This document shows, piece by piece, positions 1-13,029 of a stretch of 64,000 nt of DNA. The stretch is taken from assembly GCF_018350175.1 (NCBI RefSeq), contig NC_058368.1:69504001-69568000 (forward strand), written 5' to 3'. Made by a program: the position numbers and the translations under genes. The DNA comes from Felis catus. Taxonomy: Eukaryota. Under the pieces are notes generated by a model that had not been told where the DNA came from, did not search any database, and was given only the letters and a program-made list of their open reading frames with translations. Position 1 is the first letter of the stretch; each line of letters begins with the position of its first letter.

Positions 1-482
1 CGATTGTATCCCTTCCCAAGCAGATAGCGTATCTTTCTATGAGTTTATCTTTTGTGATGGTGTTCTGTTAACACATCATATATTTGAATGTCTCAGTGTG
101 ATGTGATAGCCCAATTAAATGTAAAGATAGTATCATAACATAAAGCATAATATGCTGAGTGCCAGAAGAGAAATACAATATGTTCTGAGGGCTCACATGG
201 AGAGGAACAGGAAAAATTTTGTGGAGGATGTGGCGTTTTGGATAATCTTTGGTAAAGGAGTAAAATCTGGCCGGGTGGAGTTTTGGAAAAGGAGGTAAGG
301 AAAGGGGGCTATGTGTCTTGAGGAGAGAGAGAGGTAAAGTATGGAAAGATAGGTTTGGGTCACCATAAGGGACCTTCGATGTGATGCTAAATAATTTATT
401 CAGTTTTATAGGTAACGAAGAGCCATGAAGAGCTTTCAGTAGGAATTCCGTAACAGAATTGCAGTTGAGTTGAAAACATTCT

Positions 483-706
483 AAAATATTTTTTTTTTTT
501 TACATTTACTTATTTTTGAGAGACAGAGAGAGATAGAGTGTGAGCAGGGGCGGGGCAGAGAGGGAGGGAGACACAGAATCCGAAGCAGGCTCCAGGCTCC
601 GAGCTGTCAGCACAGAGCCCGACGCAGGGCTTGAACCCACAAACTGTGAGATCATGACCTAAGCCAAAGTCGGATGCTTAACCGACTGAGCCACCCAGGC
701 ACCCCA
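483..706 (-). mobile_element. CanSINE (SINEC_Fc-type)
   Basis: tRNA-derived head, (CT)n and A-tail. 16-bp TSD GAGTTGAAAACATTCT at 467-482 and 707-722. Confidence 0.95.
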
Positions 707-2025
707 GAGTTGAAAACATTCTGATCTGGGCAGTCAGATGGATTACCTCGTGGAGCTGGAGATTGTATTAGCAAAAGCCATTTGGCTGTTGAACTAATCT
801 AGCTGAAAGGTCTAATGGGGAAACGGAAAGTTAGTTCTCTTATTTCCATTTTCCTCTTGCTGAGGTAATGTCCATGACCAGAGTTTTGTTCAGTTTCGTC
901 TGTCGCCTTTTTACTTTTATTTACATTGTTCTATTAAATATGACATATTAGTCTATACACTGAACATTCTTTCATTGAGATGATTAGTTGTGACTTGAGA
1001 AAAGTCAAATAAAAATCCTGAGGGGAAAAAGTGTGCAAATGTGCTATTTCAAGCTGTGAGGGCAAATCTTCTCCAGGCTCCAAAGTTCCTCCCAGTGGGT
1101 GCAGTGTGTGTTCTACTGAACACGAGTTGGCAGGATTACCAAACTTGAACTTGGCCGTTGGTCATCCTTCAGGGTGTGGGCTCTTCTGGCGAGGCTGACC
1201 TTTCATGTTTCGGCAGCACCCAGGAGGGGTCTGCAGCAGTTCCTGTAAGAACGAAGCGTCATCAATGTTTGTTGAGTGAATGGAGTTTCAAGAATGAACA
1301 GCAAGGACAGTACCTTAAAGGTTTATAGTAATGTCCTGGTGCCTTGAGTACTCCCTAGACTGTCCAAGTTTACCTGGGGGCCCGATGTGGGCCTCCCTGT
1401 GGCCATGAGGAAAGAGAGGGCTGAGCTGGCCACAGTTAATGCCCTTTGAAGGTCCTCCTTTCCTAGAGATGAGTTCCCTAGTCTTCTTCCTTCAAAGTGG
1501 TGTGCGGTCTTAAACAGGAGGTCTCGTCCTGGATATCCAAAATACACAAGTGGGCCGGGACTGATTTCTTTAATTGGTGTTGATTTTACACGTGGTGGGG
1601 AAAAGTGTTGGCCTCTCGCACCAGGGTGTTTTTGAGGTCGAAACTCCAGGTTGGCTGTAAAATGATATGGCCCATGGACGTTTGCCAGCCTTGTTGGGGT
1701 CAGACTACCACCGGCTTCCCAGCATTGTGCAACACTCCCCTCCCCACCCCCCACCTGGGGCGGTAGAGAGCACTTCTACCTGTTGTGTGATGCAGGGCCA
1801 CTTACCGTTGTGTTCCCAGGGAGTGACCATACTTGGTGGTCTGCTGGATGCTGGCTGATGGAGGCGTGCTCATTACCTGGGGGAAGACTTAGGTGATAGG
1901 GTGGCCAAGTGCATGAACTCATGCCGTCTGAAGGGTTTGAAGTAGATTGGCAGCCAAGGCAGGCTTCTTAAGGTTATGATTGTCAGGAAAATGAGTATTT
2001 TTTTTTTTTTAATTACAAAACAGTA

Positions 2026-2243
2026 GGGGCGCCTGGGCGGCTCAGTCGGTTGAGCGTCTGACTTCGGCTCAGGTCGTGATCTCACAGTCTGAGTTCGATC
2101 CCTGGGTCCGGCTCTGTGCTGACAGCTCAAAGCCTGGAGCCTGCCTGGGATTCTGTGTCTCCCTCTCTCTCTGCCCCTCCCCTGCTCAGGCTCTGCCTTT
2201 TCTCTGTCAAAAATAAATAAACATTAAAAAAAATAAAAAAATA
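2026..2243 (+). mobile_element. CanSINE
   Basis: GGGGCGCCTGGGCGGCTCAGTCGG head and AATAAA/A-tail. TSD-like AATTACAAAA. Confidence 0.95.
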
Positions 2244-2298
2244 AATTACAAAATGGTACAAGAAAGTCATTTCAATTCTATTTAAGGCCATTAGTTGT

Positions 2299-2550
2299 GT
2301 TTTTTTTTTTTTTTTAAGATTTAAAAAAAATTTTTTTAGGTAATCTCTATACCCAGTGTGGGGCTTGAACTCATGACCCAGAGAACAAGAGTTGCATTCT
2401 CCCCCTGAGCCAGCCAGGCACCCCTAATTGGTTTTTTTTTGTTTTTGAAGATTGTATTTTTAAGTAATCTGTACACCCAACGTGGGGCTTGAACGCACAA
2501 CCCCAAGATCAAGAGTTACATGCGCCACTGACTGAGCTGGCCAGGTGCTG
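2299..2550 (-). mobile_element. Two tandem short CanSINEs
   Basis: Two units of T-tail + TAATCT(C/G)TA..CCC...GGGGCTTGAAC...GAGC(C/T)(A/G)GCCAGG, flanked by TAAGGCC(A/T)TTA. Confidence 0.85.
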
Positions 2551-3784
2551 CTAAGGCCTTTAATTTTTAATACATTCTTAAGTAAATGTTCAGTGTCTGC
2601 CTAGATTATTACTGGCTGCTTTAGGCCAAGTTCACAGAGGATACCTGTTCATTTTTTTGCCACATTTTGGTCATTGTCACAAGTAGACCATAACAGCTTT
2701 TGATCATGTGAGAATAAAAGATTCCATTAATAAACCTGATATAATCCGCAGTACAGAAAAGGATTTGAATAAGCGATGAATCAGTTCACCAGATTATGCA
2801 AATTGTAGGGGTAGAAATTCCCTAACCAACCAAATGTAATAGTAAAATAAAATACATATTCAATACAGACAATATTTACTTATTATTGCCATGTATATTA
2901 CAAAGATTTCTCAAGTGAGGCATAGCTGAATTTTTAATTTAAAAACTAGTTTGGGGCCTTATATAATAAATATGCATCAGATTTTTATTTTCAGTTACCC
3001 AGAAAAGAGTTCAGATGTAGTATACTATCACAGTTTTTATGAACAACAGCCAAGGTTGGTGATCTCTGTTAACAGAAACCTTTTGGGTGATTCCTGTTTA
3101 AAAGCTTATTTTTTGCTTTCTTGTTGAAGTTCTCTGTCTTCATATTACATACGATATTTTCTACACTGGAGTGTCTATATTTTGTGACCGAGATTTGCCC
3201 CTGTCTTCTTTTGCCTGTTGGTGCTGTCATTCCTTCTTGTCCACGTCCCTTTGGTTTTCTTGACCCTGTCTGTAATAGCCTTTGTGTTAGCTTTTCTCTT
3301 CTTGAGCTGATCTACTAAAGAATTGTTGCTCAGCAATGACCAGGTGTCTGCAGTGGGGCGCCTGAAGCTGTCTCTACTCTTTTGTTATTTTCGTTTAAAA
3401 ATATTATACAACCGTCTCCTTCCTGCGAGGATATTTTACATCGGTATGTGGGCAGTTTCTTTGCAAAACCTTTAAAACCCGCGTGCTTTCTTTGTTGTGT
3501 CTCTGCACCGTCATAATGAATGGTGAAACTCTGGAAAATTTCCCTTCTCTTCGCTGTTCTTTCTGGGAATACTTTCATTATAAATCAGTGTTCGAAGAAG
3601 TTCCAACCCTGTGGTCTTTAACTCTGTATGTGTTTATTGTGAACCTTTTCCTTCCTCCCAAACTGATTGCAAGCAAAATTAAGACTGACTGATAGAAAGT
3701 TTGCAGAGTCCAGTTCCTTCCCAGCCAGGTAATTGATAGGTAACAAATGCAATAGGACATTTCCAGGAGCTCTATAAACGACAG

Positions 3785-4195
3785 TGTCTTAGCTCAAGCT
3801 GCCAGAACAACATACCGTAGACCTGAGTGACTTAAACAACACAAATGTATTTTTCACAGTTCTGGAAGCTGGGAAGTCCAGGATCAAGGCACTGACTAAT
3901 TTGATTCCTGGTGAGAGTGCTCTTCCTGGCTTCCAGATGACCTCCTTCGCACTGTGTCCCCTATGCTCTTTCCTCGGTAGGTGCGTGTTTAGAGAGAGGA
4001 GATCTTTCTCTCTTCCTGTGTTTATAAAGGCCGCCAATCCCATCAGATTAGGGCCCCACCTTTGTGACCTCGTTTAACCAGAATTATTTCCTAGAAGTCT
4101 TGTTTCTAAATACAGTCATGTTGGGGGGTTAGGGCTTCAACATACGAATTTGGGGGGGTGGGGTGGCATGGGAATGCTCACTTCAGTTCATAGCA
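3785..4195 (-). mobile_element. MaLR solo LTR (MLT1A-like)
   Basis: TGTCTTAG...CACAGTTCTGGAAGCTGGGAAGTCCAGGATCAAGG...TAGGGCTTCAACATACGAATTT...CATAGCA. Confidence 0.85.
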
Positions 4196-5184
4196 TACGG
4201 TTTCTATTCCCCATTAAAAACAAACTTTGACATAGGTAGTACTTGACTCCAGAGTATCCATTCAAATGCTCTAAATGTACCAACACTGTCCTCCTGCCAC
4301 CTCACCTAGACCGGCTCCCGATTCTGTTGCTCTCCTGTGCCCCCCGCCTCTTCTAAGAGTGGAAACTTGACATACACATTGTGGCCAGGACCTTATGCTC
4401 CCCACGCAGCACTGCTGGAGGCATTATAGGAACTCGAAGTCCTGCCCCAGCTGTCATGGTAACCTCTGATGCTGCCTGGCTGGGTTCCCACTGTGGACCT
4501 GGTCTTCCTGCTCCCAAGAGCGTTGACCTGCATCACCTCTGACCCTCCTAACCCCTGAGACTCTGCCAGGATTCTCAACATAGACACTTACTCGGCTAGT
4601 CTTCCCCCACCTCCTCACCCCGGCCCCCCACCCCCCACCATCTATCTCTAGGGGAGTAACCTTAGGAGTCTCTGAAACAGGTGAAGTGAGCGCTGAGGAC
4701 ATTGACTTGGGCTACAGAATGTACTTTCCAAGAAGAAAAAGAACAAAAGAATATACTTTTCAACAGAAATGGAGCTCTAAGTCGTAGATAGCTCTTGTTA
4801 ATACTGTTGGTAAGCTTTGGTGTGCTAAAATGGCTTTCCAGGGCTGACTTGAGAATCTTTCCATCCTGTAACAGTGGACAATGCTTTTTGGGTTCCAAAT
4901 ATTCATCAAAATGGGAATAAATATTAGGAATATAACTTGTTCATAATCTGTAGATACCAAGATGAATTTCATCCCGATTACGAAGGCATTGCAGGACGCT
5001 GTACTACTTTCTTTTCTTTTAATGTTTCTTTCTTCCCCCTCCTGCAGCGTACCAGTAAAACCAACCTCTGGGTTAAAAGAAGGAGAAAAAGAACATATAG
5101 GCCTGAAGTCCCAACAACTCACATTCTTTGCCTGTGACATTGACCCTGTCTGTGGCATCCATAATCATTGTGCAAGTGTGATTT

Positions 5185-5312
5185 TGCATTTATTTACTTA
5201 TTCATTCATTCATGTGTGCATATGCAGGCAGGCAAGCTCTATGCCCAATGTGGGGCTTGAACTCAAGACCCCAGGATCAAGAGTCACCTGCTCAACCGAC
5301 TGAGCCAGCCAA
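5185..5312 (-). mobile_element. Short CanSINE
   Basis: GGGGCTTGAACTCAAGACCCCAGGATCAAGAGTC...AACCGACTGAGCCAGCC. Confidence 0.8.
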
Positions 5313-6399
5313 CCCCCCCCCCCCACTACTTTTGCATTTTTTAACTTTAACACTGTAACAGGTTACTTTTCCTATGTTGCATAGATTCATGTTTATAATT
5401 CCGAGCAGCAGATGTTCCATAATTTGGTTAGTTCTTCTTTGGGTATTTTGAGTTGACATTAATGTCAAAGAACACCTTTGTGCTCATGGCCTCTTTATTC
5501 CTTGGGATGATTTCTCAAAGATAAATTCTCCAAAATGGCAAATTAGGGGGAGTCTACAGTATTTATGATATTGATTTCTAGAAGTGTCGTATCACATTTC
5601 CCTCAACACCAGGCATATAACATTGAGTTTTACTTCCTAGTCTACTTTCAAAAAAAATCTCCAAAGAAATTTCTTTTGGCATTTTAAGAAAAACCATTGA
5701 TTACAGGCAGATATTTTAAACGGACAAGAAACGTGAGGAAGCCAGAGAATTTTGCTTATGTTGGTAATAACTCTGTCCCTCTAAGTCTTTAGTGGATATT
5801 CTATCAAGCAAAATAGATTTTATGAAACGTCTGTGTTTCTCTAGTTCCTTACCTAAGCAGGAAGTCATGGATGGATGGATGGATGAATGGATGGACCGAT
5901 TGACAGATCAGGGCTCAGTAGCCTATTATAGTAAGATGCCATTCTGTAACTTCTGATAATTATGCTGTGGAGTCACCAGAAAACCAAGCTCTTCTTATAT
6001 TTGTTTATTTCTCCCCGTGGAAAATGTGTGCTCCAGTGGAAGGAACCAGCTGACTTCTTTATTTAGAGAGACCCGTCAGAGCAATTTATGAAGACCTGTA
6101 ACATTGAAGTATTTGGTGTATTCCTGTTTTGTTTTGTTTTTTACTGAAATATCATTAACATACAGTGTTATATTAGCCGGACATTCCTATTAAATATCCT
6201 GACATTTCTTTTTGTTAGTGTTTTGTTATCCATAAATATTATTTGCATGCCATTAAAACCTTCACTAAAGCAACTAATAAAGGATATCTGATAAGTTGCA
6301 AGGATGGAGCCATTTTCTGGGACTCATGGTCTAGGGAGATGTTCTTTAATTTTTCAAAACTTTTTTGGTACCTTGTTCAGTAGCAACCAGCTTTTTTGT

Positions 6400-6820
6400 C
6401 ACCCAGCCCTTATTCTCACCTAATATACAGCCATGTCATGAACATTTCTTTGGAATGCCTCATTGGAATCCAGCTATTCTGTGGCTCTAACAATCCCCTG
6501 ATCTCCCAGAGTAAAACTCTGACAAAAACAGAAAGGAGGTTGCTATGGCCTGGTTTGTTCTTTTTTTAAAAAAAAATTTTTTTTAACATTTATTTATTTT
6601 TGGGACAGAGAGAGACAGAGCATGAATGGGGGAGGGGCAGAGAGAGAGGAAGACACAGAATCGGAAGCAGGCTCCAGGCTCCGAGCCATCAGCCCAGAGC
6701 CTGACGTGGGGCTCGAACTCACAGACCGCGAGATCGTGACCTGAGCCGAAGTCAGACGCTTAACCGACTGAGCCACCCAGGCGCCCCTGGCCTGGTTTGT
6801 TCTTAATAAAGCCATCTTAG
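6400..6820 (-). mobile_element. CR1/L3 LINE ORF2 (RT domain) fossil, interrupted by the SINE at 6563-6787
   Basis: With the SINE and one TSD removed, the minus strand reads DGFIKNKPGHSNLLSVFVRV, then after a frameshift LGDQGIVRATE*LDSNEAFQRNVHDM. This matches the CR1 RT motif HGFxKxKSCxTNLISFFDxV...LVDxGxxVDxxYLDFSKAFDxVxH. Confidence 0.8.
6563..6787 (-). mobile_element. CanSINE (young)
   Basis: Full length. 17-bp TSD TGGCCTGGTTTGTTCTT at 6546-6562 and 6788-6804. Confidence 0.96.
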
Positions 6821-6892
6821 CTTCTAGCTTCCTTTCTCAAATCCTCTTCTTGATAACAACCCATTTGACAATTATCCCTTAGAGATGCATTT

Positions 6893-7099
6893 GATTTTGA
6901 TTTTGATTTTTTAACATTTATTGTTGAGAGATAAAGACAGACAGAGCATGAGCATGGGAGGAAGACACAGAATCCGAAGCAGGCTCCAGGCCCTGGGCTG
7001 TCAGCACAGAGCTTGACGCGGGGCTCAAACCCACAAACCACGAGATCATGACCTGAGCCGAAGTTGGATGCTCAACCGACTGAGCCACCCAGGCGCCCC
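6893..7099 (-). mobile_element. CanSINE
   Basis: SINE body. TSD AGAG(A/G)TGCATTT. Confidence 0.93.
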
Positions 7100-7272
7100 A
7101 GAGGTGCATTTTTAATTCTGGAACTACATGAAATTAATATATTCTTTTAGTTTCACTGCCTGCTTATTTCCTTGAGTGGATTTTCTATTGCTCTGTCATG
7201 CTCCATAAATATTCTCTGTGGGTTTTTGTATTGCAGAAAATTTATATATTCATTTAAGGAAGACTGTCATAT

Positions 7273-7452
7273 GGGGCGCCTGGGTGGCTCAGTTGGTTAA
7301 GCATCCAACTCTTGATTTCGGCTCAGGTCCTGATCTCTTTGTGAGATGAGGCCCTGTGTCAGGCTCTGTGCTGACAGCGTGGAGCCTGCTTGGGATTCTT
7401 TCCCCACCCCCCTCCCCCCCAAATAAATAAATAAACTTAAAAAAAAATAATA
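7273..7452 (+). mobile_element. CanSINE
   Basis: Head GGGGCGCCTGGGTGGCTCAG. TSD GAAGACTGTCA. Confidence 0.93.
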
Positions 7453-7610
7453 AAGAAGACTGTCACGGCTACCATATTGGTTCCTTCTGAACTCTGGTAG
7501 GGTTTTCTTTCCATTTACCTTTGTCTTCTTTAATTGCTAATTAGGCATAATTGCTTATCAGGATTGATTAATATAATTATTAATTGCAATTTAAAAATTG
7601 AATAGAAATA

Positions 7611-7824
7611 GGGCCACCTGGGTGGCTCAGTTGGTTAAGCGTCTGACTTCAGCTCAGGTCATGATCTCACAGTTCATTGGTTCTAGCCCCGTATCTGCTG
7701 ACAGTTCAGAGCCTGGAGCCTGCTTCAGATCCGGTGTCTCCCTCTCGCTCTGCCCCTCCCCCGTTCACACTCTCCTGTGCTCTCTCTCTCTCTCTCTCAA
7801 AAAATAAATAAACATTAAAAAAAA
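7611..7824 (+). mobile_element. CanSINE
   Basis: TSD AAAAATTGAATAGAAATA. Confidence 0.94.
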
Positions 7825-7930
7825 TTGAATAGAAATAAAATAGTTCATGTCAGAATGGTAATAGTTTTTATAATGGCCGTAATAAATATGGGATTGTAAT
7901 GATTTTCAGCTTTGAAACTGCTCTTTTTTG

Positions 7931-8148
7931 AATTTTTTTTTTCAACGTTTTTTATTTATTTTTGGGACAGAGAGAGACAGAGCATGAACGGGGGAGGGGC
8001 AGAGAGAGAGGGAGACACAGAATCGGAAACAGGCTCCAGGCTCTGAGCCATCAGCCCAGAGCCTGACGCGGGGCTCGAACTCACGGACCGCGAGATCGTG
8101 ACCTGGCTGAAGTCGGACACTTAACTGACTGCGCCACCCAGGCGCCCC
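7931..8148 (-). mobile_element. CanSINE (young subfamily)
   Basis: CpG-intact. 17-bp TSD GAAACTGCTCTTTTTTG at 7914-7930 and 8149-8165. Confidence 0.96.
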
Positions 8149-8409
8149 GAAACTGCTCTTTTTTGTAAACCACTGTTGCAGTTCTGTCATCTGGAGCACA
8201 TACAGATTAGTCCCTGCTGATGATCAGGAGGGGAGCTCCCCACAGTTGCCCATCGGAGGATGGACACTTAGAGGCAACTTAAGATGACACATGAGGTGCG
8301 TGATATACAGAATATACGTGGCCTTCCTGAGTAATTTATGTAGCTAAAGCAAAAATGGACATTGGAAGCTGAGAATGCCTGAGAGTCAAAGATTTTATCT
8401 GTCATTATT

Positions 8410-8600
8410 TACCTTTAAATCTTGTAGCCACTTGGAATTTATTTTGGGGAGAAGTGTAGGTCCGACTTAATTTTTCCCCAAATGGCCACCCATTTGCTGC
8501 AACACCTCGTATTGAAGAATTCATCTTTCTCCCACTTGTTTAAATATCCTTTACTATATATGATATATTTTGCCACATTTCATATACTTTTGGGTCTGAG
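8410..8600 (-). mobile_element. Old L1 ORF2 fragment
   Basis: CACTTGGAATTTATTTTG...CAACACCTCGTATTGAAGAATTCATCTTTCTCCCAC resembles antisense L1M. Confidence 0.6.
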
Positions 8601-8708
8601 AGTCAAAGGTTTGAGAGGAGGGATCACTGTGCTCTCTGTTCCTTGCTGAAGTCACTGATGCTAAGTTCTGAATGTCTGAACTGCACATATGGGACCACTG
8701 AAATGACC

Positions 8709-8713
8709 TATAA

Positions 8714-8760
<47 letters not shown>

Positions 8761-8846
8761 TATATATATGTATGTATGTATATATATACATATATATTTA
8801 TAGGTCATAATACATATGTATACATACATATATATGTATATATATT
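8709..8846. repeat. Compound (TA)n(CA)n(TATG)n microsatellite
   Basis: Read directly from the sequence. Confidence 0.92.
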
Positions 8847-9557
8847 TAAGCTCACTAGATTTTGGTTTCAAAATAGTGACAACTTTAAGACGTTAAGTTG
8901 ATGTTAGATTCATTAGTACAGTGGGGTTGGAGCTCACTTACACTTGTGGTTTCTTTTCCCCAACCACAGGGTCCTGTGTCCGTGGCAGCCTCTACATGTC
9001 CCCTGACTTGACGTAGGTTTTATACCCTGAATGCCCAGCTCTCACGCCTGGCAGTGGCGAGGGCCTTTCTGGGACTCCTTCACCTGCTCTGGAGGATGAC
9101 TGAGCAAACTCTTCTGGATATTCTCCAGAGGCTCACATGTCTGCCTTTCCCTGTTGGCTACTAAGAGTCCCTGCCATTTGTCCCTGACTCTCCGTGCTGA
9201 CTTTAGATGGGTATCCATTTCATGTTGACCTTTGCACCTTCTTAAAAGAAGAGAAATCAAAAGCATTTATAATCTCACCTCCCAAAGAAGCCCTGTTTTG
9301 GTGTGCCTGCTACCAGCTGCTGTTCAGTGCTCATATATAGAAAAGTATTAAGAACATGTTCAATTTTTGAGGGTGTTTTTTGAGATCTTATGGGTATTAT
9401 ATGATACTATCGTTTCTGGTTATAATGCACAGTGGATAGGTTCCCCTGGTCTAGTCCATCTCAGAATTCCCAGTTTAAATCTTAACTTACTCATAGTAGA
9501 TATTCTTCTTGTGTGTTTTTTGCCACCTTGATAAGATTTTTTTAAGGTAGGATTTTT

Positions 9558-9562
9558 TCTTT

Positions 9563-9601
<39 letters not shown>

Positions 9602-9976
9602 TTTTTTAAACATTTATTCATTTTTTGAGAGTGAGAGAGACAGAACATGAGCGGGGGAGGGGCAGAGAGAGAGGGAGACACAGAATCTGAAGCAGGTTCC
9701 AGGCTCCGAGCTGTCAGCACAAAGCCCAACGTGGGGCTCGAACTCACGAACTCCGAGATCATGACCTGAGCTGAAGTCAGACGCTTAACCCACTGAACTA
9801 CCCAGGCGCCCCGGGTTTTTTCCGTTTTTTAATCTTTAAATGCTTATTTATTTATTTTTTTGAGAGTGAGAGAGCTCGAGTGGTGGAGGGGCAGAGAGAG
9901 AGGGACACAGAGGATTTGAAGCAGGCTCGATATGGGGCTCGAACGGACACACTGACTGAGCCACCTCAGGCACCCC
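9558..9976 (-). mobile_element. Two tandem CanSINEs (9558-9812 with a (TTTA)n tail; ~9830-9976 internally deleted)
   Basis: Two SINE bodies inside one GTAGGATTTT duplication. Confidence 0.9.
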
Positions 9977-10183
9977 TCAGTAGGATTTTATTAAGGATTT
10001 TTGAGTTTAATTTTTCTTTTAAAATGTTCTTGTTTTTGCTTGGGCTCAACTAAAATGAGTTTAGAAATATAACTGAAAAAAAAAAAAAAAGGATTGTTTA
10101 TCTGTGAAATGTTGGGAAAATGTCCCAGGCTTTTATAGACTTGGGGGAGATGTAAATTTCAAGACTAATGTTTTAAGTTTCCC

Positions 10184-10298
10184 TTTTTTTTCCCTCAAAG
10201 TTTTTATTGAAGTAATCTTTATACTCAACGTGGGGCTCAAACTCACAACCCTGAGATCAAAAGTCACACACTCCACTGGCTGAACCAGTCAGGTGCCC
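10184..10298 (-). mobile_element. Short CanSINE
   Basis: GTAATCTTTATACTCAACGTGGGGCTCAAACTCACAACCCTGAGATCAA. Confidence 0.85.
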
Positions 10299-10514
10299 TT
10301 GAGTTTTCCTTTTCTTTTTCTTTTTCTTTTTTTTTGTTTTTTTCATGTTTTCTGTAACAGATGATATACTTTTTTTGTTGCTTAAGTTTTACTTACTCTC
10401 AGTTTATTTGGTTTTATGTTCTTGTCAGTTTCAGAATTCTTTAGATAAAGACTGTTCATTCTTCCTGCTTATATTGGTGTAGAGAACAATCCATTTTCCT
10501 TTTTTTTGTTGTTG

Positions 10515-10707
10515 TTTTAAATGTTTATTTATTTATTTTGAGGGGGTGGGCACAGGCAGAGAGAGAGAGGGCAAGAGAGAATCCCAAGCAGGCTGGTCAC
10601 TCAGGTGCAGAGCCTAATTCAAGTATTGAACCCATGAACTGTGAGATCCTGACCTGAGCCAAAATCAAGAGTTGGATGCTTAACCGATTGAGCCACCCAG
10701 GTGGCCC
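10515..10707 (-). mobile_element. CanSINE
   Basis: GAATCCCAAGCAGGC...GAGCCACCCAGGTGGCCC. Confidence 0.9.
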
Positions 10708-11445
10708 TTGCTTGTTTTCAATGTTGAAACTATTCTTAGTGACTTTAAGAAAAATGCCCTTCTAACTGTTGCCTTGCTGTGACACAGGGTATCCAAGTTT
10801 ACAGATGCCTGGTGGAGATTCACTTTGTTCTTCATTTCTGATTTTATGATCTTTACAATCTGAGAATATATAACATGCACATGGAACTTCTGTTATAGGT
10901 GAATTTTGCACTTCAGCAAAATCACTGTTAGATGAAAAACTAGAGTATAATAGAGCAGAACGTGTGTTCTTTATTTACCATTTCTTGCTGTCCTGATATT
11001 GTTATTTCTGCTTTTATATATTGTCCCAGGCGGGTTTGTGTTTCCTTAATGGCTTGTTCCAGTGGATTATAGACTGTTGGTTGGTACCTCCTGGATTTTG
11101 GCTGCTACTAAGTGAGTCTCAGGTGCCCCATCTGGGAAACAGGGCTAACAGTAACCTCCTTTAAGGCTGCGGGGAGGATCGGGGAGACCCAGCCCATGAA
11201 GGGTCACACAGACCAGCCCTGCCATTCAGCCACAAGCTTGCTGGGCCTCATTTTCCTCTTCGGAGCCCTGGTCTTTCACAGACTCTCCTGCAGGTAGCTG
11301 TCCCACATGGTGGTTCCATAGTGATGAAGAAATAGTGCCAGTAAGTGCTTATTAATAAATGGTACGTTTTATTACATGAAAGCACTGAGAGACAAGAATG
11401 AAAAAATGTGTATTTCTCAACAGAAACAGAACTACTGTGCTCCGC

Positions 11446-11625
11446 GGGCACATGGGTGGCTCAGTTGGTTGAGTGTCTGACTCTTGATTTCAGCCCGGGT
11501 CGTCATCTCAGGGCTCATGAGATCGAGCCCCGCTTTGGGCTCTGCGCTGACAGTGCGGAGCCTGCTTGGGATTTTCTCTCTCTGTCTCAAAAATAAATTA
11601 AAAAAGGAAAAGGCGAGGCAGTAGG
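11446..11625 (+). mobile_element. CanSINE
   Basis: GGGCACATGGGTGGCTCAGTTGG...CAAAAATAAA. Confidence 0.9.
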
Positions 11626-12364
11626 TATCTCCCATAAGAAAAAAAAAAAAAGGCAGTACTGTGCTCCGATGTCTCATTTCACACCGTGCCTGGTCCTTTG
11701 AGCCCAGAGAGTACCTGGAGCCGATTCCACAGCCCCACTCCACCGTCCGCTTTTTCTCTTTCGCGACAGGTGGCCACGATAGAATTCTGTCTGTTTTAAC
11801 CCAGCAGTGTAATCCGTGGGAACCGAGTGTTCGCCCTGGGAGACAGAGGGCCGGTTATCTGTCTTTGACTTTGCCTGGAAGTGTCTGCCTCGAGTGTCTC
11901 AGTGTCCCTCGAAGCTCGGCGGTTTCCCAGCACTTTTCAGGGCAGTGTCTTTGCCTGTGCTCCGAGTATCTTCAGTTTTAAGAACTGAGCTAATTCACGG
12001 GTGATGTTTATTGCATGTTCTATCTACTGCATGAATACACATTTGTGAAAAATCCTCGCTCAGAGAAGTGAGAAGGGTGTTAAGACATTTAAAAAATTCG
12101 TAACATAGAACCATAAAGGCAGTACACCATACTTTTTGTACTCCAGTAATAAATAATTCAGTGAGCGTTTTGATTATTTGATGGATTTGTCCCTTTGGGA
12201 TCCTTACTAGCCCACATAGGTAATTAGCTTGGTATCTTGCTTGGCACCTTTGGGCTAAAAAAGGTGAGGGGTTCAGGGAAAACTGATTCCATCTAAAATA
12301 CTGAGCCCTCAGGTCACTGAGTATTAGAGAGGGTGACAATTTTAGAGATGATCTTGTCCAGGAG

Positions 12365-12600
12365 AGCCTGTGATGTGGTGGTGAAGACCAGCCTCTCTGC
12401 TATCTGGTCCCATATCTGCCACTTTACTAGCTGCGTGACCGTGGGAAAGTTGACTTAATCTCATTGCCTCAGTTTCCTCATCTGTAAAAGGGGTCAGTAA
12501 TAGTGTCCGCCTCATGGTGGGTGAAGCTTCAATAAGTATTTATAAAACTCTTAGAATAATGCCTGCTCTGTTCTAGAAAGTGCCATCTAAGTGTTGGCTA
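12365..12600 (+). mobile_element. MIR
   Basis: MIR core TACTAGCTGCGTGACCGTGGGAAAGTTGACTTAATCTC...CCTCAGTTTCCTCATCTGTAAAA. Confidence 0.85.
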
Positions 12601-12818
12601 AGTTGAAATAATACCTGTATATTTTTTCCACAATCCGTGAATCAGAAGCCTAAAATCCAGGAAGGATCAAGTTCATTTTACGATGTGCTAAAAAATGTCA
12701 AAAAATTAGGATTTAGAATCCGGTGAACAATCTGATGGTATCTATATCATTTTTCTTCCCTCTCAGCGATGCAAGGCAGAAACTATTACTCCTAACTATT
12801 ATTATTATTTATTATTAG

Positions 12819-13029
12819 TTTTTTTTAATGTTTATTTAATTCTGAGAGAGAGAGAGAGACAGACTGTGAGCAGGGGAGGGGCAGAAAGAGAGGGAGACAG
12901 AATCCGAAGCAGGCTCCAGGCTCTGAGCTCTTACCACAGAGCCTGATGTGGGGCTTGAAGCCACGAACCATGAGATCATGACCTGAGCCGAAGTCAGATG
13001 CTCAACTGACTGAGCCACCCAGGCGCTCC
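12819..13029 (-). mobile_element. CanSINE
   Basis: Full-length body. Confidence 0.93.

Noticed and set aside
3100..3700. Possible retrogene (RNF113B-like, nested in human FARP1 intron 1 as I recall)
   Set aside because: No RING or CCCH motif in the supplied ORFs, only short ORFs, and no poly(A)/TSD signature.
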